Source: the human T2T-CHM13v2.0 reference genome, Homo sapiens
Length of the DNA stretch: 64,000 bases
NCBI RefSeq assembly: GCF_009914755.1
Contig: NC_060930.1
Strand: one strand, 5' to 3'
Part shown: piece by piece, positions 13,656 through 26,668 of the stretch
Layout: the number at the start of each line of letters is the position of its first letter
How positions within the stretch are numbered: position 1 is the stretch's first letter
Made by a program: the position numbers and the translations under genes
Notes under the pieces: model-generated
The model's database searches: none
What the model saw: the letters and a program-made list of their open reading frames with translations, nothing else
Told to the model about the DNA's origin: nothing

Positions 13656-15164
13656 TTTTCTAAATATTGGAGTTCCCAAAGAGTATTCAAACTGATGTGA
13701 TATTTTAAAAGACATTTTGTAAGCATCTTTTAGGAATATCAGTAAGTGGAAGAAAAACACATAGTTATCAGTGGATATTATGCCAGAGAGGCATGAGAAA
13801 TATAATTTTATTTTGCTAGGTATCAGCAGAGTGCCCTCTTATAATTTGTGTGAAATGGAAACAAAGGTAACATCGTGTTTTCAATTCACACATATATACA
13901 AGTAATGAGAGGTCCAGAAGAAATGTGGCTTCAGCTCTGCTGCTACTGTGCCTCCCTTCTCCTGCCCCACTCAGCCCACAAAATAGGCTGGACACTCAAA
14001 AAACGTTGCGTTTATCTACCTTTTAGAGAGGGTGAATAGCAGAGAACTGGAGGTGGGAATGGTAAGGAACTCCCAGCAGGGTAGTGGAGGGAATGGGCTG
14101 ACGCATCTAAGGCTGATGCCAGGTCTGCTCCCTATCTGGGTGGCCTCAGCAAATGACGTCCAGCACATCCAGGGGCAGGCTCAAGGGAGAACAGCCCCCA
14201 AAGCTAAGATCCTGCCAAGCTAAATACAGTAGTTCTAATGAAATGTGAGAGGCTATAATCCCATTTGGGAAATTCCTAAAAAGTCATGAGGCAGGGGATT
14301 GGTTTATGTTATTATCATGACCTGAGAGTCATGGCTCAGAGCCAAATGTTCAGGATTGAATTCAACAGCATTTAAATGTCTTTAGAGCAGGATGGAAATA
14401 TGTTAGCAATGCCTGCAGAGTGCCAAGTAAACGCAAAAGCCAATGAGATCATAAAGGAAGTTGTTAGCTAACCTAGGTGGAGTCGCCAACTTCCTTCTAC
14501 TCTAATAATTAAAATAAAAATAATACTTGGGAGGTAACTGGAATAAAGGTTCTAAAATCAAAACCCTCTGAAGGGTGAAAACTGGGAGCCTCCTGTTCCC
14601 ATAGTAACCACAGCACTCAGGGCACTGTCTCCCAGCGCTGGAGTACTGTCTTATGACCAGAGATCCTAAGCAACCTCTGCTCATCTGAGTTGTCCACCAT
14701 ATTGTGGGCATGAGTCCTTGACAATAGTAAATAGCACCTCTGTTCCCTTATTGGGTAAATGATTTTCCAACTCTGGGAATGTGTAGAATTCATTATGGAA
14801 ATAATGCAATAATTCAAATCCATAATATTGATACTTTCATGTTAAGTTTAGGACTAATCTTGTGTATGCTCCTTAAGTGATTTGAATCTTTAAAAAGCTT
14901 ATGATTCCAATTTGAAATGTGAAATTGATTTTACGTTTGTGATTTGAAGTTGAAAGGTATAAGAATATTTAACTTAGCTCATGAAAAGTATTAGACTAGA
15001 TTTACTATAAGTTTAATGTATTAGATTTACAAGAGATGCTTAAATATATGAGAATGTTTTGTCTTAATTGGTTATAATCTTGTCATATCAATGATTTGAA
15101 GTGCTAAAATAGAAAATTAAATATGATAAATTACACAAGAAGTTTAGAATGTTTAAAAGATTTT

Positions 15165-15170
15165 AATAAA
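15165..15170 (+). terminator. Probable distal polyadenylation signal of IYD
   Basis: AATAAA in TTTTAATAAACAAAGCC with a U-rich upstream region and GU/U-rich sequence downstream. Further AATAAA hexamers lie at 14513 and 14542. Confidence 0.6.
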
Positions 15171-15984
15171 CAAAGCCTATAACTAAGACTGATGCTTTAA
15201 GGGAGTTTGGCTTATTCAACTTGAGTTAATCAAACATTAATTAAAGCCCCCCTTCCCCAAAGAGATTTGTTTTATTTATTTGTTTACTAGTTTTATAAAT
15301 AGGATAATAAAATGTGTGTATGAGGTCAGAATGCTTTTGACAGAAGTAATACAAACAAAAAAACCTCACTATAACCCAAACAAATAAGGGATTATTTTTC
15401 CCTCCTAGTGAGAAGTCTGGAGGTAGATATTAGATGCTGGTCTATTGCTTCAATGAAGTTAGTGCCAAAGTCTCAGTGGTTCTCTTGGTCTTTCTTCATA
15501 ACCACCGGATGCTGTTATATCTTCACCAATCACAACAAGCACAGTGCTTGGAACATAATAGGTGCTCAATAAATATTCAGTACATATTGAATGTGTGCAG
15601 AAATATATCTCAATCTAGTCATAAAATTTTAGAATGCAAGATCTGAAAGGGACATGGGAATCTGTGTTTTTAACGTGTTCCAGGTGATTCTGCTGACCAG
15701 GTGAGTATGGTAAATGTGGCAAGTATTCTCAAGTGAGCTCATCAGTCCCAGGGCTGTTAGCACCTTCCATCTGCCAGGCCCTCCCTGGTCTAGACCTTCA
15801 GCCTTGACCTTGCCCTGAAACGCCAAACTCTTACTCCCAGCTGCTTTCTCTGTCCCTCCACTTAGATGTTAGTAGGCACCACAACCTTTTAATGCTCAAA
15901 ATACTACTTTTGAGTCCTTTCCACCCCTTACTTGGCCCCTCAATTCATACTTTTTGGGATGGAGCCTCAAATCCAGAAATCTTC

Positions 15985-16362
15985 TGTATTAGTCCATTCT
16001 CACACTGCTAATAAAGAATACCTGAGACTGAGTAATTTATAAAGGAAGGAGGTTTAATTGATTCACAGTTCAGCATGGCTGGGGAGGCCTCAGGAAACTT
16101 ACAATCATGGCAGAAAGAAAAGCAAACATGCCCTTCTTCACATGGTGACAGGAAGCAGAAGAATGACAACTGAGTGAATGGGGAAACCCCTTATAAAGCC
16201 ATCAGATCTCATGAGAACTCACTCATTCTCATGAGAATAACATGGGGGAAACTGCCCCCATTATTCAATTATCCCCCATCAGTTCTCTCCCATGACATGT
16301 GGGGATTATGGGAACTACAATGCAAGATGAGATTTGGGTGAAGACATAGCCAAACCATATCA
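15985..16362 (-). mobile_element. THE1 solo LTR (MaLR)
   Basis: TGTATTAGTCCATTCTCACACTGCT ... CCAAACCATATCA. The 5-bp flanks TCTTC/TCATC are TSD-like. Confidence 0.92.
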
Positions 16363-16849
16363 TCATCTTAAATTTCTGTGATTCTTTTATTCTGCACATC
16401 CAAATCCATGAGCAAGTTATACTGACTTTATCTCTGAATATTGACCATGGGAGGGGAAAAAGGAGAAGCAGTGTGAACAGGAAAAGCATGCTGCCTGCTG
16501 CTGTGAATAATAACATATCTTGCTCTGACCCAGTAGTCTTGTGTCTTCTGTCAGCATCCACACTACTAAGTCAGGCTACCTTGCTATCTTGCGAGGAGGG
16601 TAAAATCTTAGGTCCTTTACAATTCACGACCCTTGGCATTAGATGTTCTCTCCACCTGCAATGCTCCTCCCCTAGATACTGTTATGGCTGCTCCCTTCAT
16701 GTCAGTCATGATTCAGCTCAACCCAGTACCTCTGCTGAGAAACTTTCCTTGACCACCCAATCTCCAGTACCCCCAACCAAACCCCAGTCACTCTCAATCA
16801 CTTCAGATGTTTATTTTCTTCAGAGCACTTATCATTATTTAATAAATTT

Positions 16850-17430
16850 TAAAATTTTTATAGGGCAACATTTAAAATATAAACACAAAATCCTAAGAAT
16901 ATTATAATGAAAACTATGTAACCACAACGTAGGTTAAGATACAAAACATTATCAATACAGTTAATACCGCCTATATATTACTCCCCAGTTCCATCCTCTT
17001 TCCTCCCTCCACAGAAGAAAGCACTAATCTAATTTGGTCTTATTAATGCCCATGCATGTAAAAAATACTCTTGCCACTAAATAGTATCTAATATTTGTCC
17101 ATTTTAACTCTACACAGATGGCATTAAACTTTACATATTTTTCTGCAACATTCTTCAGTTATGCTTATGAGATAGTCCATGTTGAAATGTGCAGCTCTAG
17201 GTCATTCATTTTCACTGCTCTATACCATTGTACGAACATATCGCACATTTTTCATTTTCTTATGAGTTGTCATTTAAATTCTTTTACATTCATTCTTTGT
17301 CCTGTGGGAATGTTTAAGAATTTCTCTAGGGTATATACCTAAGAGTAGACTTACTTGGTCAAAGAGAAGTCAAATTTCAGCTTTTCTAGATCTTGCCAAA
17401 TTGTTCTTCAAAGGTTTTCCCCCTCCCCCT
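16850..17430 (-). mobile_element. Old L1 (L1ME-like) 3' fragment
   Basis: Degenerate L1 3' motifs (TTCATTTTCACTGCT, GGGTATATACCTAAGAGTAGA, TTGCCAAATTGTT). Confidence 0.65.
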
Positions 17431-20004
17431 GATTTTTAAAAACTCATTTACTGAGTAACTCCCATAATGCAATCATAAATTCTAAGATGATTTATCAATC
17501 ATGCTCCCCTCTCTATTCCTGGTGCCGGTAGCTGCTATGTGAATATTTGTTGAATGGATGAAGAAATGTAGGCTAAGAGGGGTGCTGTGACTTGTCTAGA
17601 GTCACAAAATTATCTTAATGACCAAGCAGGATTTGAGCCCAGGCTGCTGACTCCCTAAGAGGAAGTGGTTATTGTAAAGACAATTCCCCAAGCTGTGATT
17701 GCAAAGGTCCTGTCTCCAGGAGAAAGTCTTACACAATTTCACACTGAATAACTGGGACCCTTCACACAGTGCTTGAGCTGGTGTGGGCCAGACATGCTCC
17801 CAGTGCAGATGGGAGTTGCAGTTCTGGAAGATTCTTCAGCAGATGCAGATTTGAACCTCAGAGTGCAGGAATTGAGTCTCTGTGGTGATGGAGTTGAAGT
17901 AGCAGGAGGACCCCAGCAGGGTGGGGAATGGCAGGGTAAGTGGGTCACTCAACTGACCCTCAGAGGTTTTCTGTACAAAGCCCTGAGATCATGTCCACCT
18001 TAAATTTAAAAAGCAAAGAAGGAAGCACAAAGAGATCTTCTCTCTAACTCACCCATTGTCCTTGGAGAACAGCCCTGGAGATTGCTTTGAGCAGAGTTGG
18101 AAGGCCCCATGGGGACAGCGCAGATACATGCACAAGCTTGGACACCGTTGGTTTGGGGTCTTCAGTTTGTGTTTATTCTGGCCCTTCCTTCTAGCCAATT
18201 TGCATTTGGTTTTCATTCCACACTGTCTTGGATCCAGCCTGGAATGTATAAATCACTTAACTAGCAAGCAAACATCAGGGCCACCAGAGGATGGAAAAGA
18301 AAACCCCCAAAGTGGGTTTGAGGAAGGGCAACTGGATAAAGGTGAAGAGGGAGAGAATGGGCGGGCAGGAGGCAGAGAGAAGCTGAGGACGTGAGCTGTG
18401 ATTGTGCCTCCTCGTCTCCTAAGGATCAGCTCAGCCAACTGGGGTACCTGGAGAGAGAGGCAGAGAGGAGAAGCTATAAGGAGCATGTGCAGAAGGAGTA
18501 TAAAATAGAACAAGCCCATGAACCTAGCTTCAGGGAAACTGACCATCACTCAGAGTGTCTGCTTCCCACCAGGGGGTTCCATTGAATCAACTTGAACCTT
18601 CTGTATGCCCGTTGGGCCCCCGGCTTGCCCTTCTTGCACAGATCAAGAATCCCCTTCCATGTCTTTCTCCCAGATTTACGTCCCCATCCTTGAAGGCCAA
18701 GCGTTATGTCACTTTGTCAAAGCTTCCCTGGATTCTCCCATCAGACTTCAGCAGGGAAAGAGGAAGGCTGAGCTCATCTCTTTCCTCTGAGCATCTTGGG
18801 CTCCCTGCCTATGACGCTGGCTGCCCTTCTCCTTGGACCAAGCCTTCTGCTAGACTCTCAGCTCTCAGAGAGCAGAGACCAGTCTACCTCAACTCTGTGT
18901 CCTGGGGCTCCTGGGGGCCATGGTAGGTATCAGCTGGTAAGGTTGTCATTGCAGAGAATCCTTGCAATTTGAATGACACCACTGGATGGTTACAAGCCTT
19001 CAAAAGCTTTTCTGCATTTTTGCTGGAGAACTCTTGGGAAAAAAGAGTGCCTGAATCTCTCTGATTTAGTAGCTGGATGAACCAGTTACAACACAACCCA
19101 CGTAATTACAGGGAGTGTTGTGGGGTGGGGGGGATGTGAGGAGTTTGGGGCAGCAGGAAGAGGTTACGCTTAGTGTGACCTCTTTACTCTTTGGCGCCCT
19201 GTGTTCGTAACATAGTTTTGGTCACGGACTGGTAGCATTGAGCTGACTAAACATTATGCTTTTGTGAAATTCTGGACTGGAAAACGAATTGAAAGGCTAT
19301 TTCTAAGCCCATCTTCTGCTCTTGGAAGGAATAAATGCACCCCACGCTGCTGCACTCTAAGAGATTACAGGGCCGCTCAGACAAGATCTGGCCAGGTAGA
19401 GAGATACCATGCTAATTATTTTCAGAAGGGGAATTTAAAACAAGGAATTGATTGCACTGTGGGGAGAGTGAGGCAAGAGTGATTAGCCCTGACCCCTCCT
19501 ACCCAGCACTAGAGGGACGGGGCTGGAGGGGCCTCACTAGAGCCCAAGGTCTGGGAGCACCTGGAGGAAGGTGGAACCATAGACAGCTTGCCAAGAAGGG
19601 CTGGTGCCAGGGCAATGCAGCCACAGCCAACAACGCCGCCCGAGGCAGAGGCGGAGGAGGCATACCTTAAGTTTTCTCTTCCTCCCACCAATGCTTCCCA
19701 TTGACTGAATTAACCCCGTTCCCTCCTTTGCTTTTTTCCCTTCTTTCTTTCTCTATCTTTGTTTTAAGAAAAACTTTTTTTTAAGAGAAGGGAACATTTT
19801 TCTAGAGCTCACCAGTATCTCTAGAAAAGAGAGTAGCACATTTACAATAAAGAAGTAAAAAAGAGAGTGCCCTTGCAGCCCTGACTGCAACGAGGAATGA
19901 TGTCTTTTCCTCCCGGATTTCAAAGCACCCATGTGAACTGCAGACGAATGAACCCATCTCACTGGAGGTGCGGTGGGACACTGGCACACAGTGACTAGTG
20001 GGTA

Positions 20005-20205
20005 GGAGCATGGGCCCTGGAGCCAGACAACTTGGCCCTACTCCTAAATGGTGATCTTGGGCAAGTGTTTCAACACCTCCATCGAAGATCTACATCTACA
20101 AGTAGACAGGGGAAAGTGATCACAATAGTCCCTACTTCATGGAATCAGTGTAAGGATTATGAAGTTAATACATTTAGGGATCTTAGAACAGCACTTGGCA
20201 AACCA
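20005..20205 (+). mobile_element. MIR SINE
   Basis: CTGGAGCCAGAC...GATCTTGGGCAAGT...CCTACTTCAT...CTTAGAACAGCACTTGGCA. Confidence 0.7.
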
Positions 20206-23200
20206 TATGAGGACTGTGATTTTGAAAAGATTCCTAAATGGTCCTGTGTACTCAGCCGTCTTCCAGCAAGGCTCCTCAGAATAGAAAACCTGCTTTGGCA
20301 TGCCTCCATGGGGCAGTATTTGGACTTAGGGATCAAATATCATCAATTTTTAGCTTTTAATCAAACACACACTATTTCTAGCAGTAAGAGTCAAGTGCTG
20401 GCTTGGCATCCTGCCAAGTGTCATCTGGCAAGGACTCAATTAAACTAGAAGGAGGAAGTAGGAAAGACAAAATAAGCCCCCCCACTTTGTCTCAAAATGT
20501 CATTTCAAAGACTGCCAGGCTCAGCTGCTGCCCCAGCACAAATCAGGGTTAATGTCCTGCACCTGCAGAATCAGGGCCCTGCCACCAGCTTGTGACATGG
20601 CCACCCAGCACCAGGCCAGGGTAGCTTGAAGGGGTTTGAGTGCATTGGCCCAGTCATTTGGTTGGCAGGTCGGGCCAGCTCCTCCAAAGCCCATGACACT
20701 ACAAATTGGTTTCTCAGGTAGCTTTTTCCCTGGTTCCTGTGTGGTCTCTTCTTTACCTTTCAAAGTTATAGTATTAATTTCTGAAAGAATGAAAATTGGG
20801 CTAGTGATCCCATAACAACATATATTCACCATCAAAACAAAAAATGACTCTATGAAATATACGAGATCCCCAACGTATCAAGCAAGGATTCAGTTCATAA
20901 AATTGAAATGGGGCCTTATGAAACTTTTATCACAGACTCTTTGTGAACTTAGAAGTTAGGGGACTTCTGATTTTCAGTTAGGTGTTTAAATGTAATTAAA
21001 TGAACACTTCTGCAATTCCCTTAATTAAGGACTAAGGGAATTAGGTGATTTAACTTATGCCAGTTTTCATCCATGCGTGATTTTTTTTCCACGTTGAAAG
21101 CAAAACCCAGAGTTTCCTAGCTTAGAGGCAGAAACTCAACCAGAGCCAGCATGAACTCTGGCAGTGACCTTAGAAGCGGGAAATTGTGGGGGAGGAGCTG
21201 GAGAGAAAATATAGCTTAAAAGAGACAGGATGTCCATTAATTAAAACTAATACAGGACATTAAAATGAAAGCTAATGGTGGTAGCTTTAATTCCTTAAGA
21301 CTTCATTCATATCTAAACATGCGTTTTAATGGCTAAGTCCATACTTGAGGTACTATGAGTATTTGTTAATTGCATGAATATTTCTTATTTTAAAAAATAT
21401 GTCTACTTTCAAGAATTAAGGGAGGTGGCACTATTAAAACTTGTTTAAAAAACAAAAAACAGGCGAGTTAAAAACAATAAGGAAGGCAAGTTCTAATAAG
21501 CTATTTCCCTTTTTCTGGCACTTGTGTGTGTAAATATATAAACCTTAATTCAAGAGGATCACATTTCGTTAAGTTGTCTAAACATAAGCTCACTTGAAAA
21601 TAGCCTGAGTGTGGAAAGGCTCTTCTAAAGAATATTCCAGTGTTTGTTCTTCATCACTTAAAGCTGCAGTCTTAATTTTAATATGACATGTGGCATTCCA
21701 GACATAGAAGAAGCCATAGATCATAGCCATGGAGATAAATGACTCACTTCAAAATGATAAATTATATTGAGGTATTAAAACTTCTCCAAGTCTTACATAC
21801 AAATAGATATGATTTAAAAATGCCATTTTCCTTTTTATGAACCATATTTCAATGATTGATCACAAAAAGAAAGCTGGAATATTTAGCCAATTTTCAGATC
21901 TATCTTTTTCAAAGTCAAGTTTAGAATGGAGAGATTCTGACAGCTCATTGGCTTTCTTCTATATAATAAATTATGTGTGCTCTTCACTGTTTCTCATTTG
22001 GAATCATTAATTCATAAAATGAAGCCTTGAAGTGAGACTTCTTTATCAGACCTAAAAATTAGGAAGCAAATACAGATAAAAACTGCTAAGTCAACCTTGG
22101 CCAAGATTCTTTAATGAGGGAAAAACCAGCCATCTCAAAGACTAATGCTGTCAGCCACTCAGAGTGGTGAGAAGCCTCCTCTACAGGAGTCAGAAGAAAA
22201 CCTTTGTGTTCCTCCTCTTTGGGTAACATCAGCCATGCCTGCTTTCTTCATTTAAGAACCAGATGAGATCAGGTATATTTTGAAGCCATAAAGCACCATT
22301 TACATATTAGATGTGATAGTCACAGTGGGAACAGAAATATTGGAGATTCAATTCAAACTATTCTTATTCCTAAAAAATAACCCAAAGTATGTTTCTATAA
22401 AATGGAGTCAGTGTCATCTCTCTCTAATTCAATGGACAGCAAGGGAAATAAACAGCCACTCTAAAAATGGAATTGAAACAATTCAATAATCTCTGAAAAT
22501 AAAAAAAAAAGCTTTTCCCAATGATCTTCAGTCTCAAAACAACATAGATCTGATTACAGGCTTCTTGGGAGACAATATTAATATAAGCAATCATATAACG
22601 TGTGTCTTAAGAACCCAACAACTACAATTATAATATATTAGTTGTAGTTTGTAAAACAGAGCACTCTTCAAAAATCAGTCTATAAGGTTGAAACCAAATG
22701 ACTTAACCATGGGACACAAATTGTTCTGTGAACTTGCTCTAAAGATAAATTGTTGGACTGAAAAGATCAGAAGATTGACTTTCATCATCTAATAAAGAAC
22801 AGAAATGGAAAAAAATCTATTTTTTTCACAATGGCTCACGTGTCTTAGTTTTGATTTTCAAGGCACTAGTTTCAGCAGCAAGACATAGTTTATTCATAGG
22901 CTTTCTAAGGGTAAAACAAATAGTGTGCAGAGTTTAGATCAATATAAGAATGACTCACTTGACAGATATTTGGATCTGTAGAAACCTCAGCCCTCTGGTT
23001 CAGATGCTCCAAACCCCCATGTAATTTTTCCCTCTAAGATCCGTAAAATAACTGTCACGAAACCCATCCTAAAGATGCAGAACAATCCTCCACAACAAAA
23101 CATTCTTCAAACATTTACTCAGAGTTAGTTTATTCTATTTTACCATCAATTCTAAAAAGCACACTTATTTAATTTCCCAGTGTATAGAAACATAGAAACA

Positions 23201-23261
23201 GGAATTTAGAAGGTGAGAGAAGAAGAAAAAAACACGAAGAAACAACATTACAAAAGATGTG

Positions 23262-23402
23262 AGCCCAAGTGGATGATGGCTCACACCTGTAGCCCCAGCT
23301 ACTCCAGAGACTGAGATGGGAAGATCGCCTGAGTCCATTTCAAGTCCAGCCTCGGCAACATTAGTAAGGCTCCCTCTCTAACAAGTAAATAAAATAAAGA
23401 AA
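23262..23402 (+). mobile_element. Alu monomer (FLAM/FAM-like)
   Basis: GGCTCACACCTGTAGCCCCAGCTACT...CCAGCCTCGGCAACA plus an A-rich tail. Confidence 0.75.
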
Positions 23403-24622
23403 GATGTAAAAGCTGACTGTGTACTAGGTAGGCAACAGACAGAACGATAGAAGCCAAGATGCACTCACTGCAATCAGGGCACAGTAAACTTTCAAGGGTA
23501 CCTGCCAATTGAATAGTGTTTAAGGCTGTCAATGCATTCAGTGATAAACTTCAAAGTGAATTAAAACATTGAAAGACAAAGGAGGATATATTAAAATAAT
23601 TTCTTTTCCTGTGGAAAATTTGGAACATGTATGAAAAGTATATGAAAAAAAGCCGTCATGATCTTGTATCTTAGAAAGAATCAGTCAACAATGGTTTAAT
23701 TTCCTCCTGCTGCCACCATGTGCAGTAAATTTGCATACATTAAGATCTCATCATTAGGCCATTCCCTAATGCCCTGGCCTTGTTGCTTTTTAAATAGAAG
23801 CTAATTGTTGGAGCTACTGAGAGGAATCAGCGGACCTGAAGGGGTTCTGGGTGTTTTCTCCCTAGTGTTGCAAGGTAAATTGATCTTCTAGAAGAAACTA
23901 TGAAGATTATAACCATTCTAAAGGGATTTCAATTGCATTGTGCTGACATATGTTAAATTTGTTGTGATAAAATGTAAAAATCTGCAGACCTACCTCCTTT
24001 AGCTATGTCAAAAAGGCAGCCTCATCAGCAATTTCACATGCGTCAAAATGTCCACACATCTTCAGATTTGCTTTTAAAAATATTATTTCGGTAACTGGAA
24101 AAATGAAGGCAAGTATCCAGAACATAACAACACATAGGAATCCAGCACTTGGAATAAATGCATATTTACATTTTGTAATTTTGCATTCTTTTAAAAATAA
24201 AAGTGACAAGACATTACATGTGAATGGGTAATACCTCATTAGTTTCTTCTTGGTTTTGATGCAGGGCAGGTGAACCCCCAAACTGGGGCTTAGCCTGGGA
24301 GGGTTCTTGGCTTTGCCCAGGAAAAACTTCAGAGATGAGCCAGTGGTGTTAGCAACTCCTACTGAAGCGGCTGTGCACAGCAGCAGCAGAGGGACTGCTC
24401 CTTCCAGGGCAGGGCCACCCCATTGGCAGGGTGCCCAGAGTAGCAGGGGCAGTTCTGCAGTCATATTTATACCCACTTTTCATTACATACAGATTAAGGG
24501 GCAGGTTATTCAGACATTTCTAGAAAAAGGGTGGTAAATTCCTGGTCATTGCCATGGAAAGGAGTGGTAACTTCCGGGTGTTGCCATAGCAACGATAAAT
24601 TGACATGGCACTGGTGGACATG

Positions 24623-25255
24623 TGTGATGGTTAATACTGAGCATCAACTTGATTGGATTGAAGGATACAAAGTAGTGATCCTGGGTGTGTCTGTGAGGGT
24701 GTTCCCAAAGGAGATTAACATTTGAGTCAGTGAGCTGGGAAAGGCAGACCCACCCTCAATCTGGGCAGGCACAGTCTAATCAGCTGCTAGCGTGGCTAGA
24801 ACATAAGCAGACAGAAATATGTGAAAAGAGAGACTGGCCTAGCCTCCTAGCCTACATCTTTCTCTCGTGCTGGATGCTTCCTGACCTTAAACGTTGGACT
24901 CCAAGTTCTTCAGTTTTGGAACTTGGATTGGCTCTCCTTGCTCCTCAGCCTGCAGACAGCCTATGGTGGGACCTTGTGATCATGTAAGTTAATACTTAAT
25001 AAACTCCTCATATATATATATACACACATATATATATATACAGATATATACATATATATACACATATATACATATATACATATATATACATATATATACA
25101 TATATATACACATATATACATATATATACACATATATATACATATATTCCATTAGTTCTGTCTTCCTAGACAGATCATGTGAGTTAATACTTAATAAACT
25201 CCTATATATATATATTCCATTAGTTCTGTCCCTCTAGAGAACCCTGAGTAATACA
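24623..25255 (+). mobile_element. MLT2A (ERVL) solo LTR
   Basis: TGTGATGGTTAATACTGAG...TTGATTGGATTGAAGGA start and GAGAACCCTGAGTAATACA end, with the characteristic TA tract. Confidence 0.92.
25009..25147. repeat. Compound (TA/CA) microsatellite
   Basis: ~140 nt of TATATACA-type units. Confidence 0.95.
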
Positions 25256-25529
25256 TGTCTTACGGAGAGGTGTTTTCACCTCCTCCCTATTTCAGCCAGC
25301 CTTCAACCCAGTTTGGAGTAAAGTCTTGCCTCCTACCTCAGTTTCAATTCATTCCCTCCTCTTTCTGAGGCAACCACTCCCCTGTGGGTCACTTTTGAAT
25401 GAAAGATGTCAATTACTGGCAGAAATCTTTGGGATGTGGCTAAAAAAGTGAATGCTGTCAGTAGGATATCACCAATAGGAGTTTCTCTCCTTTTTTAGGG
25501 GATGGTCACAACTTCATGAAAGGCTTTCT

Positions 25530-25735
25530 AGCTCTAGCTTGGAACGGACTTGGGTTCAGATTCTGACTCTGCTAAGCAATTGACCATGTGACCCTGGATG
25601 ATTTACTTAAATTCCCTGTGCCTCAGTTTTCTCATACCTAGAATGAAAATAAAAATGGAACTTACAGGTTCGATGTAAGGATGAAATGAGTTAATTTACA
25701 TAAAATGCTTGGCATAACTCATGGCACATAAAAAA
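25530..25735 (+). mobile_element. MIR SINE
   Basis: TGGGTTCAGATTCTGACTCTGC...TGTGACCCTGG...CTGTGCCTCAGTTTTCTCAT. Confidence 0.85.
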
Positions 25736-26575
25736 GCTTGAAAAAATGTAAGTGATTTTTATGAGAACTTGAAAGATGAAGGAGGATATATTAGGAAGTG
25801 AATTGTTAGCTGTACAGAAAGTGTCATTGATTTTTTTTTTTAACCATGTCTTAAGATAGCTAAAGAGTGGGATTTTTATCAAGGGACATCAACAAAGCTC
25901 TAGGCTGACATTTGAAAGGGAAATTATTCAATTCAATTAAACAAATATTTATTAAGTGACTAGTATTTAACATGGACAGTAAGATTTCAATGTAATAGTA
26001 GGCAGACAAGTGAACAGCTATTCTGTCATTGCTGCTGGATGGTGCTGCCTCCTAGAATAGATGCTTATCTGGAGAGGAGGCTTTCCACATGGTTCATAAT
26101 AAGGAATTGATCAAACATCAATAAAAACATCTTTCTAATTTGTAACTGACATAAAGCTGGCATGATGAGGTGAATCCAAAAGATTATAACAAGGTGGAAT
26201 TATAGACTAAAATTTTTAAAATGAGATTTAATATGGAGAAATATAAACTTCAAAAAGCAACTAGCCAAGAGCAGCAGGGTAACAGCAGGTCATTTGAAAA
26301 AGTCTTGAGGATTTTAGCAGATTTGGTGGAAGCCCTATTTGAGCTATATTACATAGTTGCAGAAAATCCTGCAGACTTGCACTGTATTATTAAGAGAAAC
26401 ACAGTACCACAACCGATAAAGGTCTCATGGTATTCCCCACTGGCCACAGCACATTTTGTTCATATTTGAGGATAGCTGCTTAGAAGGATATTGACACATT
26501 GTAATATCTAGAGGAAGGTGTCAGAGATGATATAAGAATGGAAACCATGACTTTATAGAAAAGGTTAATATGTGA

Positions 26576-26668
26576 AGGTGGCTTCATGGAAAGAAATATT
26601 GAGACTGAGGACATGGGAGGTGGCTTCATGGAAAGAAATATTGAGACTGAGGACATGGGAGGTGGCTT
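26576..26668. repeat. Perfect 42-bp tandem duplication (2.2 copies)
   Basis: AGGTGGCTTCATGGAAAGAAATATTGAGACTGAGGACATGGG x2 + AGGTGGCTT. Confidence 0.95.

Larger units (their letters stand above)
8783..15190 (+). other. IYD: IYD long 3'UTR (~6.4 kb, repeat-containing)
   Basis: Follows the stop codon. The end is inferred from AATAAA at 15165 after a long AU-rich stretch, and from the recalled ~7 kb IYD mRNA size. Confidence 0.65.
24257..25320 (-). mobile_element. ERV1-class solo LTR (MER50/MER4-group-like), split by MLT2A
   Basis: TGATGCAGGGCAGGTGAACCCCCAAA...CTGGTGGACATG, resuming TCTTACGGAGAGG...GCCTCCTACCTCA after the insert. TG..CA ends. Confidence 0.7.

Noticed and set aside
24961-25152. 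63-aa Y/I/M/V/C-rich ORF
   Set aside because: It is the translation of a TA/CA microsatellite.
26576-26668. Direct repeats as a CRISPR-like array
   Set aside because: The copies are adjacent with no spacers, the context is eukaryotic and there are no cas genes.
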